This document shows, in pieces, positions 45,715 through 54,788 of a DNA stretch of 64,000 nucleotides. The translations under genes and the position numbers were made by a program. A model generated the notes under the pieces. That model searched no databases and was not told the DNA's origin. It worked only from the letters and a program-made list of their open reading frames with translations. The stretch is from a virus (lineage: Duplodnaviria > Caudoviricetes). The stretch is from the IMG/VR virus record IMGVR_UViG_3300022666_000111. One strand, given 5' to 3'. Each line of letters opens with the position of its first letter. Positions within the stretch are counted from its first letter, which is position 1.

Positions 45715-46086
45715 ATGCGACGTCTCATCCCCATTCTCATCGCCCTTTGCTCCTGCGGAAACTACGCCAAGATCGATGGAGGCCGTGTAGGTGAGGGTAA
45801 GCTGGGCGGCATTCGTCCGGGGCCGTATGACCCTGATGTTGTCGTTGTTGGCGCGCACGTATCCCTTGCGGCGGGGGACGTGCCTTGTGACGACGCGGAT
45901 CCGAACTACGTCACAACGGACGTCAAAGGGGAGTACGAGTACCTCCACGTAGATTCAGGGTGCAGCGAGGACCCGGATCGCTACACGTTCTGCGTGATTC
46001 ACCCTGACTACGAGACGTTCCGAGAGGTCTTGATGCACCGCCCGGTAGGGCCGAACATCAACGTGGAGCTGGTCAGGAAGCCTTGA
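45715..46086 (+). CDS. putative lipoprotein
   Basis: MRRLIPILIALCSC; TTDVKGEY..HPDY. Confidence 0.6.
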   Translation: MRRLIPILIALCSCGNYAKIDGGRVGEGKLGGIRPGPYDPDVVVVGAHVSLAAGDVPCDDADPNYVTTDVKGEYEYLHVDSGCSEDPDRYTFCVIHPDYETFREVLMHRPVGPNINVELVRKP

Positions 46087-46288
46087 AACCGCAGATCGGG
46101 CAAGTGTCTTTGAACCCGCTGCGGCCAAGGAAGGGATGGCAGACCCGGTGACATAGGGGCTCAGAGGCTCGGCGATGCTGCTCCTTTCGGATGACATCGT
46201 GCAAGGACGCCGCTAGGCGCGTCCTCCCCTCGGCTGAGCTGAGCGCGTCTTTGACAAGCTCGTCGGGACTTGGGGGTTTATCGGTCAT
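46073..46288 (-). CDS. capsid N-terminal-helix-like peptide plus zinc ribbon
   Basis: LVKDALSSAEGRTRLAASL; CHRVC..CPICG. Confidence 0.55.
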   Translation of the reverse strand: MTDKPPSPDELVKDALSSAEGRTRLAASLHDVIRKEQHRRASEPLCHRVCHPFLGRSGFKDTCPICGFKAS

Positions 46289-46773
46289 GACAGCCTCACG
46301 CAAGCAACGTTACCAAAGACGAAGGCTATGCCATCGCGCCCTTCGGACCAGGGGTTCATCCCGAGGAATTCTGGCTCCGGAAGACCTACAATGACACCAT
46401 CGGGGAAGGCGTACTCCGGCGCAATGACTACACGCGCCGTGGTAGGGGGCAGCACCGTCTCTCCGGAGACATAGAGCGTCGTGATCCGGAGATCCTGAAC
46501 CTGGCTCTCGAGCGCGTCCATGAGCGTCCCTTCAAACCCAGGGGGCAGTACCGTCGTGGCCCGTTGGAAAGCTGGAGTGGCCTTGACCATCTCGTTGAAG
46601 ATTCGGTTGAAGTCAAGGTTGGCGTGCAGTGTGATTGGATGCCGTCCGTCTCGGATCACCATGTGGATAGCATCCGCATCCATCCCAAGGATGTAGATGG
46701 GTTTGTCGAAGTCATAGTAGACGGCGCACAGGTCGGGAACGTGGTCCCTTGTGAGGAGTTCGCGGTAGTCCAT
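46285..46773 (-). CDS. miniaturised major-capsid-like protein (162 aa)
   Basis: DY...YYDFD..ILG.DA; LMDALE..DLRITTLYVS; PDG...LPEPEFLG; GGTGTAG-N8-ATG. Confidence 0.6.
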   Translation of the reverse strand: MDYRELLTRDHVPDLCAVYYDFDKPIYILGMDADAIHMVIRDGRHPITLHANLDFNRIFNEMVKATPAFQRATTVLPPGFEGTLMDALESQVQDLRITTLYVSGETVLPPTTARVVIAPEYAFPDGVIVGLPEPEFLGMNPWSEGRDGIAFVFGNVACVRLS

Positions 46774-46808
46774 AGGGTACACTACACCAGGGCGGTGTAG
46801 ACGCCCTC

Positions 46809-47165
46809 ATGACTGTATCCGTTCGCACCCACCCCGACGTTACGCAGTTCCGATTCCCTAATGACCCGCATCTCGACGAGCTACACGACGCCGAGACCGA
46901 ACGATCTGCGGTCAATTCCAATTGGTGGTCGCAACTCCTCCAGACGTTACTTGTCCTGGCCCTCGTAGGGCTGGCCTCTTGGAATGGGGCAAGTGACCGC
47001 GCCATCCTACGAACCGCGCTGCTTTGTTGGATGGGGCAGCTCATCGGCGTGCTCATTCGTCGCACGTTGGTCTACAGGAGGTACGCTAAGGCCCGCGCTA
47101 CCTGGATCGAAGAGGTCCGACGTGACCCAACGTGGACGCCGTCTGACACGGACAAGCCGGTGTAG
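46809..47165 (+). CDS. two-TM membrane protein
   Basis: GGTGTAG-N8-ATG. Confidence 0.65.
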   Translation: MTVSVRTHPDVTQFRFPNDPHLDELHDAETERSAVNSNWWSQLLQTLLVLALVGLASWNGASDRAILRTALLCWMGQLIGVLIRRTLVYRRYAKARATWIEEVRRDPTWTPSDTDKPV

Positions 47166-47173
47166 GGGTTACC

Positions 47174-47368
47174 ATGGCAATCGTCGAGACATACTACCGG
47201 ATTCGGATCAAGGACAAGTGGCTGGACGATCTTGGGGGTGCTTGTGACTATCGCGCCCATGCAGCCATCTTTCAGACGCTGGAGGGTGCCAAGGTTGGTC
47301 GGTTCCGCGCCCGCAAGCACTTCCCCCGCAAGGCTGTCAAGATCATCCGAGTCAACGTTTACGGTTGA
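47174..47368 (+). CDS. small hypothetical protein
   Basis: GGTGTAG-N8-ATG. Confidence 0.6.
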   Translation: MAIVETYYRIRIKDKWLDDLGGACDYRAHAAIFQTLEGAKVGRFRARKHFPRKAVKIIRVNVYG

Positions 47369-47397
47369 TCTCACACATGCCCCGGCATACTAGGGGC

Positions 47398-47601
47398 ATG
47401 AAGATCCATCTCGCCAACAAGACCATCGAAGTAAGCCCCAACCATGAGCTTTACAACCTCGAGGTCCTCTTCGGGATCGACGGGGAAGCCAGAGGGATCA
47501 TCACCCGAACCCGTGATGGTAAGATCTGGAGCGCCGTCGAGCACAACGGCGAGCTTGAGGTCCTCTCGGGGCAAATGCCCGTAGGGGTCTACCTGGTGTA
47601 G
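47398..47601 (+). CDS. small hypothetical protein
   Basis: TTGATC-N13-GGCATA-N8-ATG. Confidence 0.65.
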   Translation: MKIHLANKTIEVSPNHELYNLEVLFGIDGEARGIITRTRDGKIWSAVEHNGELEVLSGQMPVGVYLV

Positions 47602-47621
47602 TGAGGTCCAACGAGGACCAA

Positions 47622-48821
47622 ATGGGATGTTTTGACTACACATGTGCCGTTTCCGGCCTATCCATAGGAGGAGGGGATCGAGTGCGTTATCTCCTCTTGA
47701 ACGAAAACCCGCATCACAACCCCGCCGAGCACGCGTGTTACATTGACGGTCGGTGGGCGCCTCGGACGATACCGATCCGAGCAAATTACAATGACTACGG
47801 GACCATCGAGGACTACAAGGAGGACATCTTTGTCAAGGTCATCACGGAGCAATTCAAGCAAGACTTGATCACCCGTGGAGTCGGGGAGAACCAGTGTCAC
47901 GACATCGCCGTCACGCGGGACATGTCATTCAAGGGCTTTCTTGAGGCCATCTGGGAGGGCAGGGTGCTTGTAGGCCACCAGCCCAGCGGCGTTAAGATGA
48001 AGCGAAAGGCGCCCCCGAAGGGAGTCCCCACCATTCGGCGCGTTTGCAAGGCGCTCCAAAAGGCGGGATTCACCGTCCAAGGGGAGTTCCAGGGCTACCT
48101 CGTGAGCCTTCAGAAGAGGGGATTCGTGCGTGTACGCTGCGCAGAATTCCAGAACCAAATCGAGCACCTTGAGAAGGCCGCCAAGGCCCTCACTGAGTAC
48201 GCCACGATGATCACGGTCGCCAAGGATTTGAGCAACGGCGGTGACCTCATCGTTGGCCCGAAGCCAGGACGTTACGAGGGCATCTCCTTCGCCAAGCTGC
48301 GTGAGGATCTGCATCGCCCACGCTACGTCGCCCAAGCCATGATCCGTGAGGACGTGTGGCAAGCCCTCTGCAACCTCCGCCCAATGGACGAAGGCGGGTC
48401 ACAACCCCTCCAATGGTTCAAGGATGGCATTCGAGGTGTTCTGGCCAAGCTCGAGGAGATTCGGAAGGCGGATCCCCGGGACGCCTTCCGTCTTGACCTA
48501 GACCTTCGACATGGCAACGAATTCATGCTCTACCGTTACCTCCAAGGCCCCGGGGTCGTAGGCGGGATCACCGAGGCCCTCGAGGTCTTCATCGGCTTGA
48601 ACCCGACCGCCGAAGAGAAGGAAGAGGTCATCAACACGCTCGGGGAGCTAGCCTACATCACGGACGTGCTCAACAACGTCCGCTACCAGTGGCACCCCGG
48701 GAGCGCTAACGGACCGCAATGCGGTGCCTGGCGCGACCACAAGCAGTACCTCCAAGCGTTGGCTGGAGTCGCCGACGCCATAGTCCAAGAACACGAACGC
48801 GAGGGGTTCTACGACCCGTAA
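47622..48821 (+). CDS. phage hypothetical protein
   Basis: MGCFDYTCAVSGLSI..PI...YNDYG..W.P....GPQ; GAGGA SD. Confidence 0.7.
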   Translation: MGCFDYTCAVSGLSIGGGDRVRYLLLNENPHHNPAEHACYIDGRWAPRTIPIRANYNDYGTIEDYKEDIFVKVITEQFKQDLITRGVGENQCHDIAVTRDMSFKGFLEAIWEGRVLVGHQPSGVKMKRKAPPKGVPTIRRVCKALQKAGFTVQGEFQGYLVSLQKRGFVRVRCAEFQNQIEHLEKAAKALTEYATMITVAKDLSNGGDLIVGPKPGRYEGISFAKLREDLHRPRYVAQAMIREDVWQALCNLRPMDEGGSQPLQWFKDGIRGVLAKLEEIRKADPRDAFRLDLDLRHGNEFMLYRYLQGPGVVGGITEALEVFIGLNPTAEEKEEVINTLGELAYITDVLNNVRYQWHPGSANGPQCGAWRDHKQYLQALAGVADAIVQEHEREGFYDP

Positions 48822-48835
48822 TCGAGGAGATCGCT

Positions 48836-49255
48836 ATGTTTAGCCTGGCTTTCATGATCATGTCACTGCTCACGCAGAATGGGGACACGCTGCAAGACAC
48901 GCTCGCCATCATGGATGACCCCATGTCTTGCGGAGTCTCGACGGACGCCGATGGCATTCGACGTGATCGGATGACGCGTTGGGCTCCCGGCGATCCCGTG
49001 TGCATGTTCAACTCGATCGACAACGCCTATCACTTCGCCCATGAGGTCCTTTGGAGAGCCAACGGAGGGGCAATCTACGGCGCCAATGTTGACTGCCGAG
49101 GCAACCTCACGGCTGATAGCGTGCCCTGCCTCGTGGACGTAACCGACAAGAACTACAAGGTCCGCCGAAAGGTCTGGATCGCTTGTGAATCCGCCCGTCA
49201 CTGCGGGCACTACGGCAACACCAAGGGTCAATGCTGCAAGATGCTGGTGTACTGA
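48836..49255 (+). CDS. Cys-rich, possibly secreted protein
   Basis: Hydrophobic N-terminus; GAGGAG SD. Confidence 0.55.
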   Translation: MFSLAFMIMSLLTQNGDTLQDTLAIMDDPMSCGVSTDADGIRRDRMTRWAPGDPVCMFNSIDNAYHFAHEVLWRANGGAIYGANVDCRGNLTADSVPCLVDVTDKNYKVRRKVWIACESARHCGHYGNTKGQCCKMLVY

Positions 49256-49265
49256 GGAGACCACT

Positions 49266-50228
49266 ATGAGCTTTCACAAATACCCATCCATTGTTCTCCT
49301 CCGCGATCGGCAAGACCTCTTTGCCGTCAAGGAGGTCGTTTGCACCGAGAAGCTCCACGGGAGCAACTTCCGGATTCACTTCCCCTGCGGCATGACGAGC
49401 CTCGACGAGGTGCAATTCGGCTCCCATGACGTCGAGATGACGCCCGGTGAGCCCTTCCCCCTTGGCGTCGCCGTCAACTGGTTCAAGGCCCGGCCCAACC
49501 TCTTGCAATCCATGTGGGACGTCATCAAGAGCTACGGCTTCTCGGAGGCGACCGTCTACGGTGAAGCCTACGGCCCTGGGATCAAGGCCAAGGGGATCCG
49601 CTATTCGACGGGGACTGAGATGCTCTTCCGCGCCTTCGATATCATGATCGGGGACAACTTCTTGACCTATGACCTCTTCGTCGAAGTCACGGACAAGATG
49701 GGGCTCAACCGCGCCCACCTGGTCTACAAAGGCCCACCAAGCCAAGAGGCATTCGACCAGCTCCTCGAGGTCCCGTCGCTCGAGGCCAAGCACAACGGAA
49801 TCAACGACCCCGCCAACATCGCCGAGGGGATCGTCATTCGGAGCAACCCGCTCTTCCGTGACGTCTTCGGCGATTGGCTCATCGCCAAGCACAAGGCTGC
49901 CAAGTTCTCAGAGGTCGCGAAGCAACGGCCCCCGAAAGGCCCACGATCGGCTACGCCCGCCGATGAGTTCGCCTTGACCTGTGTGATCGAGGGACGCGTC
50001 CGGAACGCCGTAGGGCGCCTCCAGGACCGAGGCGTGGCCCTCACCATGACGATGAAGGACATGCCCGTACTGCTTGACGAGATGATCGCCGACCTCGACA
50101 AGGAATGCCGGAGCGTTTGGGAAGAGATCGCTCCAGACAAGCCCTTCCAAGAGGCCCTCAATAAGGGCTCCATCAGCCGCGTTCTTGGCCCGCTCTTCCG
50201 AAAGATGCTCGAGGACAAGTCGCTATGA
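49266..50228 (+). CDS. RNA ligase, Rnl2 family
   Basis: TEKLHGSNF (motif I), YGEAYG, FRAFDI, EGIVIR, IAKHK. Confidence 0.9.
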   Translation: MSFHKYPSIVLLRDRQDLFAVKEVVCTEKLHGSNFRIHFPCGMTSLDEVQFGSHDVEMTPGEPFPLGVAVNWFKARPNLLQSMWDVIKSYGFSEATVYGEAYGPGIKAKGIRYSTGTEMLFRAFDIMIGDNFLTYDLFVEVTDKMGLNRAHLVYKGPPSQEAFDQLLEVPSLEAKHNGINDPANIAEGIVIRSNPLFRDVFGDWLIAKHKAAKFSEVAKQRPPKGPRSATPADEFALTCVIEGRVRNAVGRLQDRGVALTMTMKDMPVLLDEMIADLDKECRSVWEEIAPDKPFQEALNKGSISRVLGPLFRKMLEDKSL

Positions 50229-50587
50229 AGAGCCACCATTGTCGCCATTGCGGCGACAAGCACGACAAGCTCAAGCCGTCCTACCGACGCTGGCGACTTG
50301 ACCGCCTCCTCACGGCGGTCCGTGCGATCATTGTAGCTCAAAAGGACGGGGCATACATCACGGCGGAGGACGTCGGGACGCAGCTACGCGCCCGCAAGCA
50401 CCTGGTTGAGCAATGCTTCCACAGGCTCAACCTCGAGGGCCTCTTGAGCCAAGGCTTGAACCTTGCGCCACATGACTCCACGCGAGACCCTTGGACGCCC
50501 GGGGGTGACTCAGCCTGGAGGGCAACCGTTTACACAACACGCAAACCCAATGAGGTATGTGATGAGTCTCAATCCAAGCTGCAATAG
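50225..50587 (+). CDS. winged-helix-like protein
   Basis: ITAEDVG.QL......V...F.RL..EGLL. Confidence 0.5.
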   Translation: MKSHHCRHCGDKHDKLKPSYRRWRLDRLLTAVRAIIVAQKDGAYITAEDVGTQLRARKHLVEQCFHRLNLEGLLSQGLNLAPHDSTRDPWTPGGDSAWRATVYTTRKPNEVCDESQSKLQ

Positions 50588-51062
50588 TGTTAAGGGAAAA
50601 GGGCTTCCCGTAATCGGTGACGGCCCCCGTCCATTCGACGCCAACGAGAAGGCCAAGGAAGAGCTTCGCCGCGCCTTCCCGGGCGTCGTCTTTCGCGAGA
50701 AGACGGAGGTCCGGAAGTGCTACAAGGAGGGCTCCGAGCCGTGGAAGCTCGCCCGGATGGGCATCCATGGTGCCTGTGAGGTAAAGCCCGAGGACATCGT
50801 GGAAGTCACGCTCTACGACTTGACCGCCGAGGCGGATGGCTGGGTGTTTCGCCGGGCGTGGTACTACTGGTGCTGCAACACGGTCAAACGCTCCGTCCCC
50901 TTGGAAATCGCCAAGGAGTTCAACGAGACCTGGCGAGAGGTTGTCCGCGTCGACGGGTTTGCGGGCGGCCAAGACGTTAGACGCGACGTCGACGCCTATC
51001 ATGTTGACACGCAAGAGGGGCTTGACGCCCTCGGCGCGCTGATCCGATCCCTCCCGGTGTAG
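50562..51062 (+). CDS. hypothetical protein
   Basis: W.FRRAWYYW..VRVDG..YHVDTQEGL. Confidence 0.65.
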   Translation: MSLNPSCNSVKGKGLPVIGDGPRPFDANEKAKEELRRAFPGVVFREKTEVRKCYKEGSEPWKLARMGIHGACEVKPEDIVEVTLYDLTAEADGWVFRRAWYYWCCNTVKRSVPLEIAKEFNETWREVVRVDGFAGGQDVRRDVDAYHVDTQEGLDALGALIRSLPV

Positions 51063-51170
51063 ACTAGTTTGAGCGCCTCGTGTGCATGGTGTTACGGGAG
51101 ATCCGTAAACGGGTTTTGATTGTTACCCTCATGAAACACACACAGGGCGCCCAATTCTAGGGAGATCCCC

Positions 51171-51683
51171 GTGGACATGTTCAAACCTTGTAAGCCCAGC
51201 GAGCTGTACTTTGGCGTCCATAAGGACGACGAAACCGGCGATGTAAGCGTCACCCTTTGCCCCAAAGAATGGTGGGACGCCAAGGGGTGCCTCTACGACA
51301 ATCACATCAAGCTGATCGATAACACCTGCCCCTGGCTCAATGACGCGCCCGACGCCGAGTGCACGTGGTACGTCCCGAACGCCCCCCATGAGGACATCGT
51401 TCGCCACATCCTCAAGTCATACGGATTCGTCTTCAACCCCGAGCTTGAGCCTTGGAATGACCCCGCGACGAGCATTCCTAGCTGCCCCCGCCCAACGCGG
51501 CCAGGCATGTATCTCTGCCAGCGTACAGGGCACCAATGGCCAGAGGTAGCCCAGATCCTGGAAGACAAGGGCACGCTCCGCTTCTATTGCGGTCCCTCCG
51601 TGTTCCCCTTGGACAAGCTCAGAGAAGACGTGTCGTTTTGGGGTCCGATTCGTGTTGATCCCAAGCGCCCATCGGAGTCTTAG
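51171..51683 (+). CDS. hypothetical protein
   Basis: GGAG SD; PTRPG.Y..WGPI. Confidence 0.6.
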   Translation: MDMFKPCKPSELYFGVHKDDETGDVSVTLCPKEWWDAKGCLYDNHIKLIDNTCPWLNDAPDAECTWYVPNAPHEDIVRHILKSYGFVFNPELEPWNDPATSIPSCPRPTRPGMYLCQRTGHQWPEVAQILEDKGTLRFYCGPSVFPLDKLREDVSFWGPIRVDPKRPSES

Positions 51684-51687
51684 GACC

Positions 51688-52083
51688 ATGACCTGCCGAC
51701 ACTCCCCAGGCGACCCTAACTGCTCAAGCCACCCCAACCACCCGGACAACCCCGCGAACATCTACCGCCGCGAGGTTGAAGCGAAGACGCCCGACGCCGA
51801 GCGCTTCGAGATCATCGACATGGTCCGATGCGGCCCACACGTCGTCCTCAAGGTCAAATATCCCAACTGCTCACGATGCTCCTACGAGGGGACCAAGGTT
51901 ATGGTCTACCTCGACGTTTCGGAGTCACAGATCATCCGGTGGCGCAAGATCGACCCACACTTCCGGGAGAACCGTAACAACCTGCCTCCCCGTGAAGCCC
52001 CCGGCCCCGCTGCTCGCTTCCCCGCAAGCGACGAAGGCTGGGCGGACGCGATAGCTTACGCCGAGAGGAAGGCATCACGATGA
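51688..52083 (+). CDS. hypothetical protein
   Basis: YPNC..CSYEG.K.MVY..IDPHF..ARFP. Confidence 0.65.
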   Translation: MTCRHSPGDPNCSSHPNHPDNPANIYRREVEAKTPDAERFEIIDMVRCGPHVVLKVKYPNCSRCSYEGTKVMVYLDVSESQIIRWRKIDPHFRENRNNLPPREAPGPAARFPASDEGWADAIAYAERKASR

Positions 52084-52337
52084 TCGCACACCTTGTCCGA
52101 TTCGAATGCGGATGCGTCGGGTTTCACAACCCGGAGAGCAAGGGCTCGCCCTTTATCGTCAAGCCATGCGACAACGACCCTGGCGATCCGGAGATCAGCG
52201 CGGGTTACCGTGCTGACTGCATCGGTAAGCCTTGGAAAGAGCTGGACCCGTATGACGCTTCCGTCCTTCTCAGCAAGATCGCTGACCGCATAGCCTGCGG
52301 GAACAAGTTCCGCGCCCTCAAGGAGATCCTCGGATGA
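52080..52337 (+). CDS. hypothetical protein
   Basis: ATGA coupling. Confidence 0.6.
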   Translation: MIAHLVRFECGCVGFHNPESKGSPFIVKPCDNDPGDPEISAGYRADCIGKPWKELDPYDASVLLSKIADRIACGNKFRALKEILG

Positions 52338-52639
52338 AATGGGAAGGCCCCTTTGACATGAAGGTAGGGCGTGAACGCAAGACGACGCCCATCAAGGTCG
52401 CAGAGGACCGCTACTACCTCTACCAGAGCAAGAAGATCACCAACTTCTGGTCATGCTGGGACAAGGAAACCGGGACGACGCACCTTCTCTGCGCATGGAC
52501 CTGGGAAGAGGCACAAGCCGCCGCCGAAGATAGGATTAGCCATGCTCGACGTACTCCGAGCGCTCCAAAGCGCCCTGCAAAAGCTCCTGACGCCAAGGCC
52601 AAGCCAATGCCCCGCCCTAAACGGAAGGCTAAGGTGTGA
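52334..52639 (+). CDS. hypothetical protein
   Basis: ATGA coupling. Confidence 0.6.
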   Translation: MKWEGPFDMKVGRERKTTPIKVAEDRYYLYQSKKITNFWSCWDKETGTTHLLCAWTWEEAQAAAEDRISHARRTPSAPKRPAKAPDAKAKPMPRPKRKAKV

Positions 52640-52731
52640 GCTGGACGCCGGGCACAAGGGAGAACACCGATGCTGGGTCGATCGCGGCTTCAACGGCCCG
52701 AAGTACTACTTGAATTGGGAGGACGAGATCC

Positions 52732-53082
52732 GTGAATAGGAACCAGAGCTACGTGGCTATGCCAGCCGAAGAGGTCATCCGACGCGCCCAAGAGATGATC
52801 GATATCATCGACCGCGATCGTGAGGCTGAACGCAAGGCCCTCCTCGAGGCCGAACGCGAATCCGCCCGCAAGAGCTGGTTCCGGCGCCTCTTCCGGCTTG
52901 CGATGCCCTCCGACGCGAAGCTGATCGAGGGGCTCCGGTCCTATGCCTTCAACGAGTACGACGCGACCTACATCATGTTTGGCTTGCAGCGCGATACCTC
53001 CGAACGCCTCCTCCGCGCCGCACGGAACGCCCAAGACGGGATCGTCTACGTCACAGCCGAAGATATGCACGCCCTCGCCTAA
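52732..53082 (+). CDS. hypothetical protein
   Basis: GGAGG SD. Confidence 0.6.
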   Translation: MNRNQSYVAMPAEEVIRRAQEMIDIIDRDREAERKALLEAERESARKSWFRRLFRLAMPSDAKLIEGLRSYAFNEYDATYIMFGLQRDTSERLLRAARNAQDGIVYVTAEDMHALA

Positions 53083-53098
53083 CGGTGTAGGTGTGGTC

Positions 53099-53698
53099 AT
53101 GCGCCACATCAGCATCAAGCCATTCTCCCACGAACACTTGACCCAGATCTTCCGCGCCGCCATCGACGAGGTCGCGCTCGACCCCGGTAAGAAGGTCCAC
53201 GTCCGCTTCCTAGACAAGACCGGCGCCCCTTGGGGCGGGGACCACGACATGGAGATCTCCTACGAGTCAGCCATATCAACCCGGAGGGATATGCTCAACC
53301 GCGCCCTTGACCTCCGAACCGCTATCTGGGTCAAGGAAAACAACGTGCTCGACCTCCGGCGCTACGAGGCCATGAGCGCCAAGCTAGGCGCCCCGGAAAG
53401 CATCGAATTCACCCTCTACGTCAAACCCGCTTGCATCCGTGAGGCCCTCCCCTCCAACGCCGTATGCCTTGACATGGACGACGGTGCGCGTGTTGCCTAC
53501 ATAGACCGGAACTACGAGATCCGGCAAACCGTTGTCGCGACCAGGAGGTTCTGCCCCGGATTCACGTGCCCAGCAGCATCCCCCGAGATGTTCGAATTCC
53601 TCAAGAAGCGCCTCGCAGAAGAGGCCCCGTGGGCCGCTGAGATGCGCCTCCTCAAACGACAAGACGGGACCTTCTTCCTCTGCGCGATCGAAGAGTAG
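53099..53698 (+). CDS. hypothetical protein
   Basis: GGTGTAG-N8-ATG. Confidence 0.65.
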   Translation: MRHISIKPFSHEHLTQIFRAAIDEVALDPGKKVHVRFLDKTGAPWGGDHDMEISYESAISTRRDMLNRALDLRTAIWVKENNVLDLRRYEAMSAKLGAPESIEFTLYVKPACIREALPSNAVCLDMDDGARVAYIDRNYEIRQTVVATRRFCPGFTCPAASPEMFEFLKKRLAEEAPWAAEMRLLKRQDGTFFLCAIEE

Positions 53699-53839
53699 TT
53701 GATCGTGATGCTCGTATTGCGGCTGCGACCTCACGGAGCACAACGAGATGAGCGAAACCACCATGTGCGAGGACTGCTACGAAAACCGTTGATCATAAGC
53801 ATCCTCAAGCGTAGCAGCCACAAACCAATGAGGTGATAG

Positions 53840-54652
53840 ATGCAGATCAAACAAGCTCTCGAGGCACTGGGTACCTATGTTCAGCTCAAAAAGGATCTCC
53901 AGCAAGCCCAAACAACGGCGGATGAGATCGCCATCAAGCTCAATGAGCATCGTGCGCAAAGTGGCCTAACGGACGAGGACGTCGAAACGTATGGGCGGGT
54001 ACTCAACCTTCCCGCGCGCCCTGTCATCTGTAATCACCCACAGTCACCACCAACCTTTGATGAGGCCCGCTCCAACACACGAGACATCGCACGCAAATGC
54101 ATCTGGCAAGCCCTCAAAAACACGGAAGACCATAGCGATAAATGGGCGTCCGTGCGTAGGATCACAGAAGTGTATGCGGACGCCATGAGGCTGGCGCAGG
54201 CCGAACCCCAAATACCGTACATTCACAGCGTGCTCGTTGATGATGAGGGGCTCTGGTTGCAAGCCTCCCAAGACGGACTCTGGGCTATGCTTCCCCCCAA
54301 CAAGTGCTTCACCATCAAGAGCGTTCTGACTTGGATGGTAAACCATACAGATGGCACCACTGCCCTAGACATTGGACGGGGAATGCACGTACACGTCAAC
54401 CACCCCAACAGGATCCTAAAGAGGCTCCTTGCAGGCGGGTACGTCAAAGCCCAAGGGGCGACCACCGGAAGTAAACCCTTGAAAACTCACACAGGTGTCC
54501 GCACGATTTACACTCCCAACCCAAGTCTTAGCATCCTTCATGCAGCCATGCTGAACCCCTTGACAGACGACTTGATCAAGGCACTAGCCCACTTGTTTAA
54601 CCCCGTGGACATGGCTTGGCTCCGCGCCTGTGAACCTCCCGAATCCCGTTGA
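53840..54652 (+). CDS. hypothetical protein with winged-helix-like C-terminal part
   Basis: GAGG SD; TTALDIG..M......NRILKRLLAGGYV. Confidence 0.6.
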   Translation: MQIKQALEALGTYVQLKKDLQQAQTTADEIAIKLNEHRAQSGLTDEDVETYGRVLNLPARPVICNHPQSPPTFDEARSNTRDIARKCIWQALKNTEDHSDKWASVRRITEVYADAMRLAQAEPQIPYIHSVLVDDEGLWLQASQDGLWAMLPPNKCFTIKSVLTWMVNHTDGTTALDIGRGMHVHVNHPNRILKRLLAGGYVKAQGATTGSKPLKTHTGVRTIYTPNPSLSILHAAMLNPLTDDLIKALAHLFNPVDMAWLRACEPPESR

Positions 54653-54788
54653 TCCCAACCGCCCTGGCGCGTAGCTAGGGCATGACAACGGACCTCATCT
54701 ACTTCGCCATCGGCATCGCCCTCGGGACCATCGCCTACCGTCTCTCGAAAGACCTCTGGTGTAGATACACCCGAAAGGCCAAGTAGCG

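Noticed and set aside
53709-53793. CSYCGC..MCEDC zinc-finger reading frame
   Set aside because: In-frame stop immediately upstream and no start before the first Cys pair; probably a gene remnant, too short to call.
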